From positions 54,762-86,761 of the forward strand of contig JAODNN010000049.1 of assembly GCA_025465355.1 (NCBI GenBank): a stretch of 32,000 nt of DNA. Reading direction: 5' to 3'. The notes beneath the pieces are model-generated. The model was not told the origin of the DNA and ran no database searches. It saw only the letters and a program-made list of their open reading frames with translations. Source of the stretch: Blastococcus sp. Lineage in GTDB: Bacteria; Actinomycetota; Actinomycetes; Mycobacteriales; Geodermatophilaceae. Of this stretch, positions 17,647 through 25,584 are shown piece by piece (positions within the stretch are counted from its first letter, which is position 1; the number at the start of each line of letters is the position of its first letter). A program made the position numbers and the translations under genes.

Positions 17647-18312
17647 ATGACGGCCGCCGCATCAACCGCCCTCGCGCGCACGCGCGAGAGCTGGCACCGG
17701 CTGGCCGAGCACGTCCTCGGCGCCGGGCAGTTCGCCGCCGCGGGCACGATCCGCCTGCGCCCGGTTCCAGAAGGCTTCCAGACGGTGGTCGGCATCGACG
17801 GGCGGCACGTTGCGGTGGCCGGCGACCGGCTCGTCGTCCTCGTCGCCGACCAGCGCCGCTCCACCCCGCTGACCACCGTCGGTGCCGCCGCGGCGTTCGC
17901 CGGCGTGATCCCCGGACTCACCGGCAGCTATCCCCCGGTCACGTCGTCCGATCCGGACGCGCCCCTGACCGTCGACCCGGAGGCAGCCCGGCTGCTGGCT
18001 GCCTGGTACGCCCTGGGCGATCTCGCGCTCCGGCGGTTCACCGCCGAGCTCGGCGCTCCGCAGGAGCCCGTTCTCTGGCCGGAGCACCTCGACGTCGCGG
18101 TGACGGTGGACGCCGTCAATTACGGCTGCTCCCCCGGTGACGCGGCCATTCCCGGGCCCTACGCCTACGTCGGACCCCATCAGCCGCCGACGGCGGACCC
18201 GTTCTGGAACGCCCCGTTCGGCGCCGCCGTCACCGCCGACCGGATCGGCTCGCCGGACGACGCCGTCGCGTTCTTCGCACGGGGTAGAGCGTTCACCGCG
18301 ACTGCGGGCTAG
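17647..18312 (+). CDS. Conserved hypothetical protein
   Basis: In the frame of track ORF 17521..18312. ATG at 17647 is chosen because GC3 drops in the upstream extension. Motifs: WPEHLDVAV, YGCSPGD, PGPYAYVGP. No family is assigned with confidence. Confidence 0.55.
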   Translation: MTAAASTALARTRESWHRLAEHVLGAGQFAAAGTIRLRPVPEGFQTVVGIDGRHVAVAGDRLVVLVADQRRSTPLTTVGAAAAFAGVIPGLTGSYPPVTSSDPDAPLTVDPEAARLLAAWYALGDLALRRFTAELGAPQEPVLWPEHLDVAVTVDAVNYGCSPGDAAIPGPYAYVGPHQPPTADPFWNAPFGAAVTADRIGSPDDAVAFFARGRAFTATAG

Positions 18313-18373
18313 CCGCGCCCGCGGGGCTTACATCCGCTGCGTCGCGCCCATACTCTCCGCGCGGGGAGAGAAC

Positions 18374-19369
18374 ATGACGACGAAGTCGATCGGCCGTCTC
18401 GCGCTGTTGGTCGTCGTCCTGCTGGGCCTCGGTGCCTGCGGCGGGAGGAATGGCTCGGCCACCCAGTCGACCCGGTCGGCCACGACGATGACCCTCTACA
18501 CGTGCGTCAGCGACTCGACGATCCAGCCGGTGATCACGGCGTTCGAGAAGAGTGATCCGGGCAGCACGGTCGACCTGTTCCGCGCCCCCACGGGTCAGCT
18601 CAACGCCCGGGTGGCCGCCGACACCCGATCAGGCGGGCTGCGTGCCGACGTCATCTGGGGTTGTGACCCGCTGACGATGCAGGCGTTCGTGGAGCAGAGG
18701 CTGGTCGGCGGCTGGATACCGGCCGGCGCCGACGCCATCCCCGCCCAGTACCGCACCGGCAACTACGTCGGCGCGCAGCTGCTCTACATGGTGGCCGTGC
18801 ACCGCACCACCGTCCCGGCACCCCGATCCTGGTCCGACCTGGCGGGGCCCGGCTACGCCAAGGTCGCCGTACCCGATCCCACCGTGGCCGCCTCGGCACT
18901 CGGCGCGCTCGGCTGGTTCGCCGCGAACCCGGATTACGGCATGGACTTCTACCGGAAGCTGAAGAGCGCGGGCGCGGTCCAGGTGAGCACGCCCGACGAC
19001 GTCACGACCGGCGTCGCCCAGGGCATCTACGACGCCGGGATGACGACCTCCAATTCCGCGTACGCGGCGAAGAAGGACGGATCGCCGGTGGACGTCGTCT
19101 GGCCCGAGCCCGGCGCGGTAGCCATCTACGGGCCGGTCGCACTCGCCACCCACAGCGCACACGCCCAGGTCGCGAAGGACTTCATCACCTTCGTCACCGG
19201 GGACGCCGGCCAGCGGGTGATCGGCGCGTCCGGCACCTACCCGACCAGGCCGGGCGTTCCCGGACCCACCATCCCGACGGGCGCGCCCATCGTCCACCCG
19301 GACTGGACCAGGATCGGGACGACCAAGGCCGCGATCGAACTGGGCTACAAGCAGGTCTTCGGGGGCTGA
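18374..19369 (+). CDS. ABC transporter substrate-binding lipoprotein (FbpA/PotD-like, solute-binding family 1)
   Basis: ATG at 18374 (track ORF 18137..19369) after GGGGAGAG. The signal peptide plus lipobox reads LLVVVLLGLGAC. The mature domain resembles iron(III)/thiamine-type periplasmic binding proteins. Confidence 0.8.
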   Translation: MTTKSIGRLALLVVVLLGLGACGGRNGSATQSTRSATTMTLYTCVSDSTIQPVITAFEKSDPGSTVDLFRAPTGQLNARVAADTRSGGLRADVIWGCDPLTMQAFVEQRLVGGWIPAGADAIPAQYRTGNYVGAQLLYMVAVHRTTVPAPRSWSDLAGPGYAKVAVPDPTVAASALGALGWFAANPDYGMDFYRKLKSAGAVQVSTPDDVTTGVAQGIYDAGMTTSNSAYAAKKDGSPVDVVWPEPGAVAIYGPVALATHSAHAQVAKDFITFVTGDAGQRVIGASGTYPTRPGVPGPTIPTGAPIVHPDWTRIGTTKAAIELGYKQVFGG

Positions 19370-19372
19370 GCG

Positions 19373-21046
19373 ATGCCGCGCGGCACACCTCGGCTCCTCC
19401 CCCGCCTCACCGCCCTTGTCGTCGCCTTTCTCGCGGTCCTCGTCGTCCTGCCGCTGTGTCGTCTGGTCCTGGTCGTCTGGCAGGAAGGGCGCGCAGACAT
19501 CGCCCCGATGGCCGGCTCCGACGGCCTCCGCACCGCGGTGTGGCACACCGTCGCGCTCGCCGCGGCGGTCACCCTCGCGGCGGTTCCGATCGGCGTCACC
19601 ATGGCGCTCGTCCTTCGTCGGTCGGACCTCCCCGGCCGGCCCTTCTGGCAGGTCGCCGTCCTCGTGCCGGTGCTGGTGCCCGACTTCGTCCTCGGCTACA
19701 GCTGGACGCAGGCCTACGCGCGGGCCGGGTTCACCGACACCCTTCTCGGGCTGCGCTGGGCCGGGATACAGGGCCCGCTCGGGGTGTGGCTGGTCCTGGT
19801 CGTGAACGCCGCCCCCCTCGTCTACCTGGTCGTCGCCGTCGGGCTGGCCGCGCGGACCGAGCCGGATCTGGAACGCGCCGCCCGGGTCTCGGGTGCGGGA
19901 CCTGCCACGACCCTGCTCACCGTCACCCTCCGGCTGGCGCTGCCGGGCGTGGCGGCCGCGGCCGTCCTGGTGTTCGTGCTGACCCTGGGCACGTTCGCGA
20001 TCCCGCAGGTCCTCGGCGCCCCGGCCGGGTTCAGCACCGTGACCACCCGGATCTACGCCAACCTCTCCCTCGGCGGCGACCCGACCTCCTTCATCGAGGC
20101 GATCACGCTCGCGCTCCTGCTGGTCATCGTCGCGGCGGTCTGCGTGGCCCCGGCGGACGCCCTCCTGGCCCCCCGGCTGCGGGCCGTGCGAGGCGCTGAC
20201 ACCCAGGGGATCCCGGCACTTCCCGGACGGCGGGCCGTCCGGCGGGCCGAGGCGTTCGGTCTGGCCGGCTACCTGTTCCTGACCGTGGCGCTGCCCCTGA
20301 CCGCCCTGGTGCTGTCCTCGGTGACCCGTGCCCTCGGACTGCCGCCGACACCGGGCAACTGGACTCTGGCGCATTTCCGGGAGGTGCTCACGCCCCGTAC
20401 GTTCCAGGCGCTCGGCCGGAGCCTGGGCCTGGCTGTGGTCGCGGCGACGGTGCTCGTCCTGCTCGGCGCCCTCGTGGCGGTGATCGAACGCGCGCGCTCC
20501 GGACGCGCCGCGGCAACCCTGATCACCCTCACGCTCGTGCTCCCCGGCTCGACGCTGGCGGTCGGGCTGCTGATCACCTACGGGCGATGGCTGTCCGGGA
20601 CGCTGACTCTGATCCTGCTGGCCTACCTGGCCAAGCTGTGGGCCTTCGCGCACCGGCCGATCGCCGGGGCGCTCGACCGACTGCCCCCCGACGAGATGCA
20701 TGCCTCCCGCGCCAGCGGCGCCCGGGCGCTGACCGCCGTCCGCACCGTGGCCCTGCGGCCGCTGGCGCCGGCCCTGCTGGGGGCCTGGCTGGTCTGCTTC
20801 CTGAGCGCCCTGCACGAGGTCACCATGTCCAGCCTCCTGTACGGCCCGGGCACCGAGACGTTCGCCGTCGTCGTGCTCAACAGTCAGGAACTCGGCCGGA
20901 TCGGGCCCACCGCGGCCCTGTCCGTCGTCCTCTCCCTGCTGGTCACCGTGCCCGCCGTCCTGCTGTTCCTGGCCGTCGGCCGGCTCCGGCCGCGGCCCAG
21001 CCGTCCACCGGAGCACCTGCCACTCGAGGTGGCGCGTGTCGGCTGA
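19373..21046 (+). CDS. ABC transporter permease, fused double-domain (FbpB/ThiP-type)
   Basis: 557 aa and highly hydrophobic, with two repeated permease halves. It starts 3 nt after the SBP stop. Confidence 0.85.
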   Translation: MPRGTPRLLPRLTALVVAFLAVLVVLPLCRLVLVVWQEGRADIAPMAGSDGLRTAVWHTVALAAAVTLAAVPIGVTMALVLRRSDLPGRPFWQVAVLVPVLVPDFVLGYSWTQAYARAGFTDTLLGLRWAGIQGPLGVWLVLVVNAAPLVYLVVAVGLAARTEPDLERAARVSGAGPATTLLTVTLRLALPGVAAAAVLVFVLTLGTFAIPQVLGAPAGFSTVTTRIYANLSLGGDPTSFIEAITLALLLVIVAAVCVAPADALLAPRLRAVRGADTQGIPALPGRRAVRRAEAFGLAGYLFLTVALPLTALVLSSVTRALGLPPTPGNWTLAHFREVLTPRTFQALGRSLGLAVVAATVLVLLGALVAVIERARSGRAAATLITLTLVLPGSTLAVGLLITYGRWLSGTLTLILLAYLAKLWAFAHRPIAGALDRLPPDEMHASRASGARALTAVRTVALRPLAPALLGAWLVCFLSALHEVTMSSLLYGPGTETFAVVVLNSQELGRIGPTAALSVVLSLLVTVPAVLLFLAVGRLRPRPSRPPEHLPLEVARVG

Positions 21047-22004
21047 GCCCGCCCTCGAGGTCACCGACCTCGTCGTGTCCTACGACGGGACGACGGCGCT
21101 GGACCGCGTGACCCTGAGCGTCCGCCGGGGGCAGGTGCTGGCGCTCCTGGGGCCCTCCGGCTCGGGCAAGTCGACCCTGCTGCACGCGGTGGCCGGCTTC
21201 CTCGTCCCGGCCGCGGGCACCGTCCGCCTCGGCGGGACGACCGTTGCGGGCGACGGGCGACCGGTGCCGCCCGAGCGGCGCGACCTGGCGATGGTCTTCC
21301 AGAACTACGCCCTGTGGCCGCACCTGACCGCGCTGGACACGGTCGCCTACCCCGCCCGCCGTTCCGGCGCCGGCCGGGCCCACGCCCGCACCGAGGCCCT
21401 CGAGATCCTGGAGCGGCTCCGGATCGCCGGCCTCGCGGGCCGGAAACCCGCCGAGCTCTCCGGCGGGGAACAGCAACGCGTGGGCCTGGCCCGGGCGCTG
21501 GCGCGGCGCCCGTCGCTCTACCTGTTCGACGAGCCGACCGCCCATCTCGACACCCACGTGCGCGGCGTGTTCCTCGCGGAGCTGGTGGCCCGCCAGCGCG
21601 ACACCGGTGCCGCCGCCGTCTACGCCACGCACGACGCCGAGGAGGCACTCGGGCTGGCCGACCAGGTCGCGCTCCTGCACGAGGGCCGGCTCCTCCAGAC
21701 GGGCACGCCGCAGCAGGTCTACGACCAGCCCGCGGATCTGTTCGCCGCCCGGCTCAGCGGCCCGGCGTCGGTGATCACGGCCCCGGACCACGACGGCGGG
21801 GAACTGCTCGTCCGGCCGGGGTGGGCGCGGCTGGGCGGCCCGCTGAAGGGAGAGCTCCGCGCGGTCTGGTTCCGGGGTCCGCACTCCGACTACCTCGTGG
21901 CCGGCCCGCTCGGCGAGCTGCTCATCCGCGAGCCCGGCCCACCGCAGCACGAGATCGGCGCCCGGGTCGGCTGGAGCCTGCTGCGGAGCTGGCCACTCCC
22001 GTGA
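21036..22004 (+). CDS. ABC transporter ATP-binding protein
   Basis: Walker A GPSGSGKST, signature LSGGEQQRV, Walker B LYLFDEPT. The GTG start overlaps the permease end by 11 nt. Confidence 0.9.
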   Translation: MSAEPALEVTDLVVSYDGTTALDRVTLSVRRGQVLALLGPSGSGKSTLLHAVAGFLVPAAGTVRLGGTTVAGDGRPVPPERRDLAMVFQNYALWPHLTALDTVAYPARRSGAGRAHARTEALEILERLRIAGLAGRKPAELSGGEQQRVGLARALARRPSLYLFDEPTAHLDTHVRGVFLAELVARQRDTGAAAVYATHDAEEALGLADQVALLHEGRLLQTGTPQQVYDQPADLFAARLSGPASVITAPDHDGGELLVRPGWARLGGPLKGELRAVWFRGPHSDYLVAGPLGELLIREPGPPQHEIGARVGWSLLRSWPLP

Positions 22005-22019
22005 CCGGCCGGCTGAGGC

Positions 22020-22790
22020 TCACCCGAGCAGCACCGGCACGGCAGAGCGGTTCTCCCGATCGTTGACTATGGCCAGGTGCCGTTCGGTGTACCGGCGCAA
22101 CCGGCCGACCTGTGCCGGCGTGATCCGGTCGCAGACCCACTCCCAGTGCAGGGACACCCAGTCGCCGGGTTCCAAGGCGCCGACCATGCCGACGCCGTCG
22201 ACCGACCGCACGACCGACTCGGTCTCCGCCGGCCCGAGGCTCAAGGAGATGCCGTCCCAGGTGAGCGGCTGACTGGACACGACGACCTGGTCGCCTTGGA
22301 CCGTCAGGACCTCCCCCCACCGGATCCGGCACCGGTCCAGCACGGCCAGCGCGTGCGGGGCCTTGCGCCGGTCGGTCAGCAGGCCGGTGTAGGGGTAGAT
22401 GCAGAAGACGGCGAAGCTGTGGTGCGGCACTCCGCCGGCAAGGACTCCCTCGGTGATGCTCGGGAACCGCGCACCGGTCATGAACCGGAACCGCTCCTCC
22501 ATGGAGTTCCCGACCGAGCGGGTACCGACCCGGTCCAGCCGCGAACTGCCGATCCAGTACGCCTCGACGACCCGGCGGTCCAGGGGATCGGACACGCCGG
22601 TGGCGCCCGCGATCAGCTCCAGGTAGGGCCATGCCCCGGCGAACTGCCGGGCCATCGCACGCAGCCCGCCGTCGTCGACCCCGGCGACGCCGTACTCGAA
22701 GAACCCGCCGTGGTCGGGCGGTCCGCAGAACCCGTGCGCATTGGGCGGGAAGGCGTAGCGCGCGAACAGGACGGGGCCGGGAACGGTCAC
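22020..22790 (-). CDS. Conserved hypothetical protein of actinobacterial hydrogenase loci (recalled as DUF6390-like; unverified)
   Basis: In the frame of track ORF 22020..23054. The GTG at 22790 overlaps the hypC TGA (GTGA). It begins VTVPGPVLFARYAFPPNAHGFCGPPDHGGFFEYG and is the last gene of the minus-strand hydrogenase string. Confidence 0.65.
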   Translation of the reverse strand: MTVPGPVLFARYAFPPNAHGFCGPPDHGGFFEYGVAGVDDGGLRAMARQFAGAWPYLELIAGATGVSDPLDRRVVEAYWIGSSRLDRVGTRSVGNSMEERFRFMTGARFPSITEGVLAGGVPHHSFAVFCIYPYTGLLTDRRKAPHALAVLDRCRIRWGEVLTVQGDQVVVSSQPLTWDGISLSLGPAETESVVRSVDGVGMVGALEPGDWVSLHWEWVCDRITPAQVGRLRRYTERHLAIVNDRENRSAVPVLLG

Positions 22791-23056
22791 GGGCCCGACT
22801 CCGGCTCGTCGGCGGCCGCGTCGCCGCGCGACCGGCCCATCAGCTCCAGGCCGCTCATCGCCCGCTCCCCGCCGGCCTCGTCGGTCAGCTCGACGGCGAA
22901 GCCCATGTGGATCAGCACCCACTGGCCCGGCTCCGGTGGCTCGTCCAGCAGGCCGATGTTCACCTTGCGGACGGCGCCCTCGACGTCGACGAGCGCGAGC
23001 TGGTCGCCGTAGCCCGGCAGTATCTCCACCACGCGTCCCGGGATCCCGAGGCACAT
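22787..23056 (-). CDS. hypC: Hydrogenase assembly chaperone HypC/HupF family
   Basis: MCLGIPGRVVEI...ALVDVEGAVRKVNIGLL...GQWVLIHMGFAV, with the N-terminal MCLGIP motif and its essential Cys2. Confidence 0.9.
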   Translation of the reverse strand: MCLGIPGRVVEILPGYGDQLALVDVEGAVRKVNIGLLDEPPEPGQWVLIHMGFAVELTDEAGGERAMSGLELMGRSRGDAAADEPESGP

Positions 23057-23057
23057 C

Positions 23058-23555
23058 TCAGCTCACCTCCACCGGCTGCAGCCGGCCGGACACAAGGGTG
23101 CGCACGGCGCGCACCGCCTCGTCGACGGCCGCCTGGACCGGCGCCGTGAGCCCCATGCCGTCGCCGGTCTCGGTGACCTGACAGCCGACCAGCAGGGTGC
23201 GCGGGGGGAGGTGGCCACCCAGCGCCGCGAGGGTGGCCAGCACGGTAGCGGGATCCATGCCGTGCGCATCGACCCCGGCACCCCCGCCGACGTGCTCCGG
23301 ACCGATCTCGATCAGCTCGACGGCGCCCGGGGAGCCGCGATCGGGCAGGGCGTCGACCAGGACCAACGCGTCCCACGGTTCCAGCAGGTCGTAGGCCAGG
23401 TGCATCCCCCGGATGCCGTAGTCGACCACGCGGACGCCGTCCGGCAGCGCCGACCCGGCCAGCCGCCGGGCCGCCTCGCAGCCGAAGCCGTCGTCGCTCT
23501 GGAAGACGTTCCCGATCCCGGCCACCAGGATGCGGGGCGCCCCGGCGTCGGCCAC
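23058..23555 (-). CDS. hupD: [NiFe]-hydrogenase maturation endopeptidase (HupD/HyaD/HybD family)
   Basis: ILVAGIGNVFQSDDGFGCEAARRL...VVDYG..G..LAYDL...ALVLVDA...DAHGMDP matches the family pattern. GTG start at 23555, directly after the stop of the upstream ORF. Confidence 0.85.
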   Translation of the reverse strand: MADAGAPRILVAGIGNVFQSDDGFGCEAARRLAGSALPDGVRVVDYGIRGMHLAYDLLEPWDALVLVDALPDRGSPGAVELIEIGPEHVGGGAGVDAHGMDPATVLATLAALGGHLPPRTLLVGCQVTETGDGMGLTAPVQAAVDEAVRAVRTLVSGRLQPVEVS

Positions 23556-23771
23556 CTAGGCCCCGCCTTCCTCGCCGCGGGGCGTGTCCTCCGGCTCCGG
23601 GGCGCTCCGCTCGTCGCTCTCGACAGGTCCCGTCGCGCCGCCGACGTTCGCACCCTCCCGGCGGACGTCGTCCTCGCCGTCGACGTCCGCGCTCTCCCGG
23701 CGCCCCTCGTAGGGCGGAACGGTCTTTCCCTCGAAGTCGGCGGGCCCGGGCCCACCCGGTGACGTGGTCAT
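23556..23771 (-). CDS. Hypothetical small acidic, low-complexity protein (71 aa)
   Basis: ATG at 23771 with GGGGAG upstream, and high GC3. 18 of 71 residues are Asp/Glu and there is no hydrophobic core. The stop abuts the hupD start. Confidence 0.45.
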   Translation of the reverse strand: MTTSPGGPGPADFEGKTVPPYEGRRESADVDGEDDVRREGANVGGATGPVESDERSAPEPEDTPRGEEGGA

Positions 23772-23812
23772 GGCTCACTCCCCATTCGTGTCCCCCGTTC
23801 CTCCCAGAGCCG

Positions 23813-24037
23813 TCAGCCGGCCTGGTCGCCGGTCGGCAGGTGCGGTGCCCCGGAGTGCCGCGCACCCTCGGCGTCGACGGTCGTGTCGCTGTCCTCGCTC
23901 GCGGTTCCGGCCGGTCGGTCGACAGGGCCACCGCCGGGCTCATCCGACCCGGTGTCCCGCGACCCGGGAGCTCCCCGTGCCTCCTGCGGCTCCGGCTGCA
24001 GGTGGTCGGCCGGGCCGGTGCCGTCGTTGCTGTCCAC
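23813..24037 (-). CDS. Hypothetical small acidic, low-complexity protein (74 aa)
   Basis: GTG at 24037 with GGAGGA 6 nt upstream. 15 of 74 residues are Asp/Glu and the protein is Gly/Pro-rich. It shares an N-terminal G-x-GPAD motif with the 71-aa neighbour. Confidence 0.4.
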   Translation of the reverse strand: MDSNDGTGPADHLQPEPQEARGAPGSRDTGSDEPGGGPVDRPAGTASEDSDTTVDAEGARHSGAPHLPTGDQAG

Positions 24038-24094
24038 GGTCTTCCTCCGATCGTCACGATGTCGGCCGGACGACGTCCGGTGGCGCCTGCCCGG

Positions 24095-24214
24095 CTACAT
24101 CCGGCGGATCTCCAGATAGCGCTTGATGTCCGGAATCGAACGGACGCCGAGCACGACCGCCCCGGCGAAGGCCGTCAGTCCGAGCACGGTGGTGAGCATG
24201 CCGATCGCCCTCAT
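24095..24214 (-). CDS. 39-aa single-pass membrane micro-protein
   Basis: The ATG at 24214 overlaps the TGA of the upstream 457-aa ORF (ATGA), with GAGGAG upstream. MRAIGMLTTVLGLTAFAGAVVLGVRSIPDIKRYLEIRRM is one roughly 22-residue hydrophobic helix plus a basic tail. Confidence 0.55.
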   Translation of the reverse strand: MRAIGMLTTVLGLTAFAGAVVLGVRSIPDIKRYLEIRRM

Positions 24215-25584
24215 GTCGGGCTCTCCTCTCGTCGGTCGGCGTCTTCGGCCTCCGGCAGCGGTTCGAGCTCGTCGGGGGCGAAGTAGAGGTAGCGGCCGTA
24301 CCAGTCGTGGAACTCGGCGGCGGGGTCGTCGACCAGGGTGACGGCGACGTGCGTCCCGCCGTCCAGGTCGACGTGCACGCCGCTCACCCGCGCCTCGAGG
24401 CCGGCGACGAACATGTCCTGGGCATCCGCGCGCCGCGACGGGCGCAGCCGCACCCGGCTGCCCCGGCTCACCCGGCGGCCGCTGACGACGACGGAGTCGG
24501 TCTCCGGCGACACCGGAGCCGCTGCCTCGGCGGCCCACCAGTCGTCGCCGGTGAGCGCGGCCGTCGCGGCGTGCGGGTCGCGCATGATGCCGTGCAGTCG
24601 CTGCAGATCCTCGGGCGACATCTGCTCGCAGCGGTCGATGATCGCGGCCGCGCGCGCATCGGTCCCCCGGGCCTGAGCCTTCTCCTCATCGGTCAGCGTC
24701 AGCACCCGAAGGGTGAGGATCTCGTCGATCTCGGTGGCGTCGAACATCGCAACGGTGCTCTCCGGAGCCACCGCCGGGTGGTCGTACAGGATGATCGGGG
24801 CGGCCAGGACGACGTCCGAGGTCTGCCCGTCCGGGCCGCCGTCGCCGGCGAGCACGGGCCAGCAGCGGTGCTGACGACAGCGGCCCGCTGCGTCGGCGGC
24901 ATCGTCCGGTGGGTCGATGACGGACACGAACCGCGCCCGGCCGGCCGCGAGGATCAGGTGCGCCCCGATCAGCGACCGGATGGTCGCGGGGTCCTTCTCC
25001 GTCACCGGGTCGGCCGTGTTCGCGACGCTCACCCGCAGCCGCACCAGTCCGCCGTCGTCCTCGGTGCGCAGCGTCACGAGCGCGCTCAACGGCTCACGGC
25101 GGCGCACGAGCCGTCCACCGGGCACGGCCTCGACGTCGTCACCGCCGTCGACGGCCACGTGCAGGACCCGGTCGCCGCGCAGCTCGCGCAGGCAGAACGT
25201 CCCGAGATCGCGCTCGACCTCGACGGCCTCGTCCCAGCCGATCCACGACGACGTGCCGTCCCGGAGCTCGTCGACGGCGGCGTAGCCACCGTCGACGACC
25301 GCCCGCTCCACCGAACGGCGCTGCAGCTGCAGGAACCGCAGGTGCACCGTCACCGTGGCCGCGCCGTCGCCCGGGTCGACCGGTCGCAGCAGGCACTCGA
25401 CAGCCAGGTCGGCCGGCTCCCCGACGCCGGCGCCCGCCGCACCCGGTGGGCCGAGGATCCCGAACTGCCAGCGCACCTGGTTCTTGGCCGCCGTCGACCG
25501 GTAGGGATAGAGCAGGTACCCCTCGTAGAGCACGGCGTCGGCGGCGCGCCGGGCATGGGCGAGACAGCCGGTGGCGAGCGTCAT
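24211..25584 (-). CDS. Conserved hypothetical protein, 457 aa (hydrogenase-locus associated)
   Basis: In the frame of track ORF 24211..26544. The ATG at 25584 overlaps the upstream TGA (ATGA). It begins MTLATGCLAHARRAADAVLYEGYLLYPYRSTAAKNQVRWQFGILGP. I recognise no catalytic motif. Confidence 0.7.
   Translation of the reverse strand: MTLATGCLAHARRAADAVLYEGYLLYPYRSTAAKNQVRWQFGILGPPGAAGAGVGEPADLAVECLLRPVDPGDGAATVTVHLRFLQLQRRSVERAVVDGGYAAVDELRDGTSSWIGWDEAVEVERDLGTFCLRELRGDRVLHVAVDGGDDVEAVPGGRLVRRREPLSALVTLRTEDDGGLVRLRVSVANTADPVTEKDPATIRSLIGAHLILAAGRARFVSVIDPPDDAADAAGRCRQHRCWPVLAGDGGPDGQTSDVVLAAPIILYDHPAVAPESTVAMFDATEIDEILTLRVLTLTDEEKAQARGTDARAAAIIDRCEQMSPEDLQRLHGIMRDPHAATAALTGDDWWAAEAAAPVSPETDSVVVSGRRVSRGSRVRLRPSRRADAQDMFVAGLEARVSGVHVDLDGGTHVAVTLVDDPAAEFHDWYGRYLYFAPDELEPLPEAEDADRREESPT

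Noticed and set aside
18629-21064. 811-aa minus-strand ORF antisense to the ABC SBP and permease genes
   Set aside because: This is an antisense shadow ORF. Its composition is extremely biased (G/R/D/E/Q/P), whereas the plus-strand genes have clear ABC transporter features.
22960-24057. 365-aa minus-strand ORF overlapping hypC, hupD and the small acidic ORFs
   Set aside because: It is out of frame with HypC and HupD, both of which have unmistakable family motifs. Its translation is an Arg/Pro/Gly-rich shadow.
24066-24080. Palindrome CCGGACGaCGTCCGG between the micro-ORF and the 74-aa ORF
   Set aside because: As RNA it leaves only a 1-nt loop, or effectively a 5-bp stem. That is too weak to call a terminator or attenuator.
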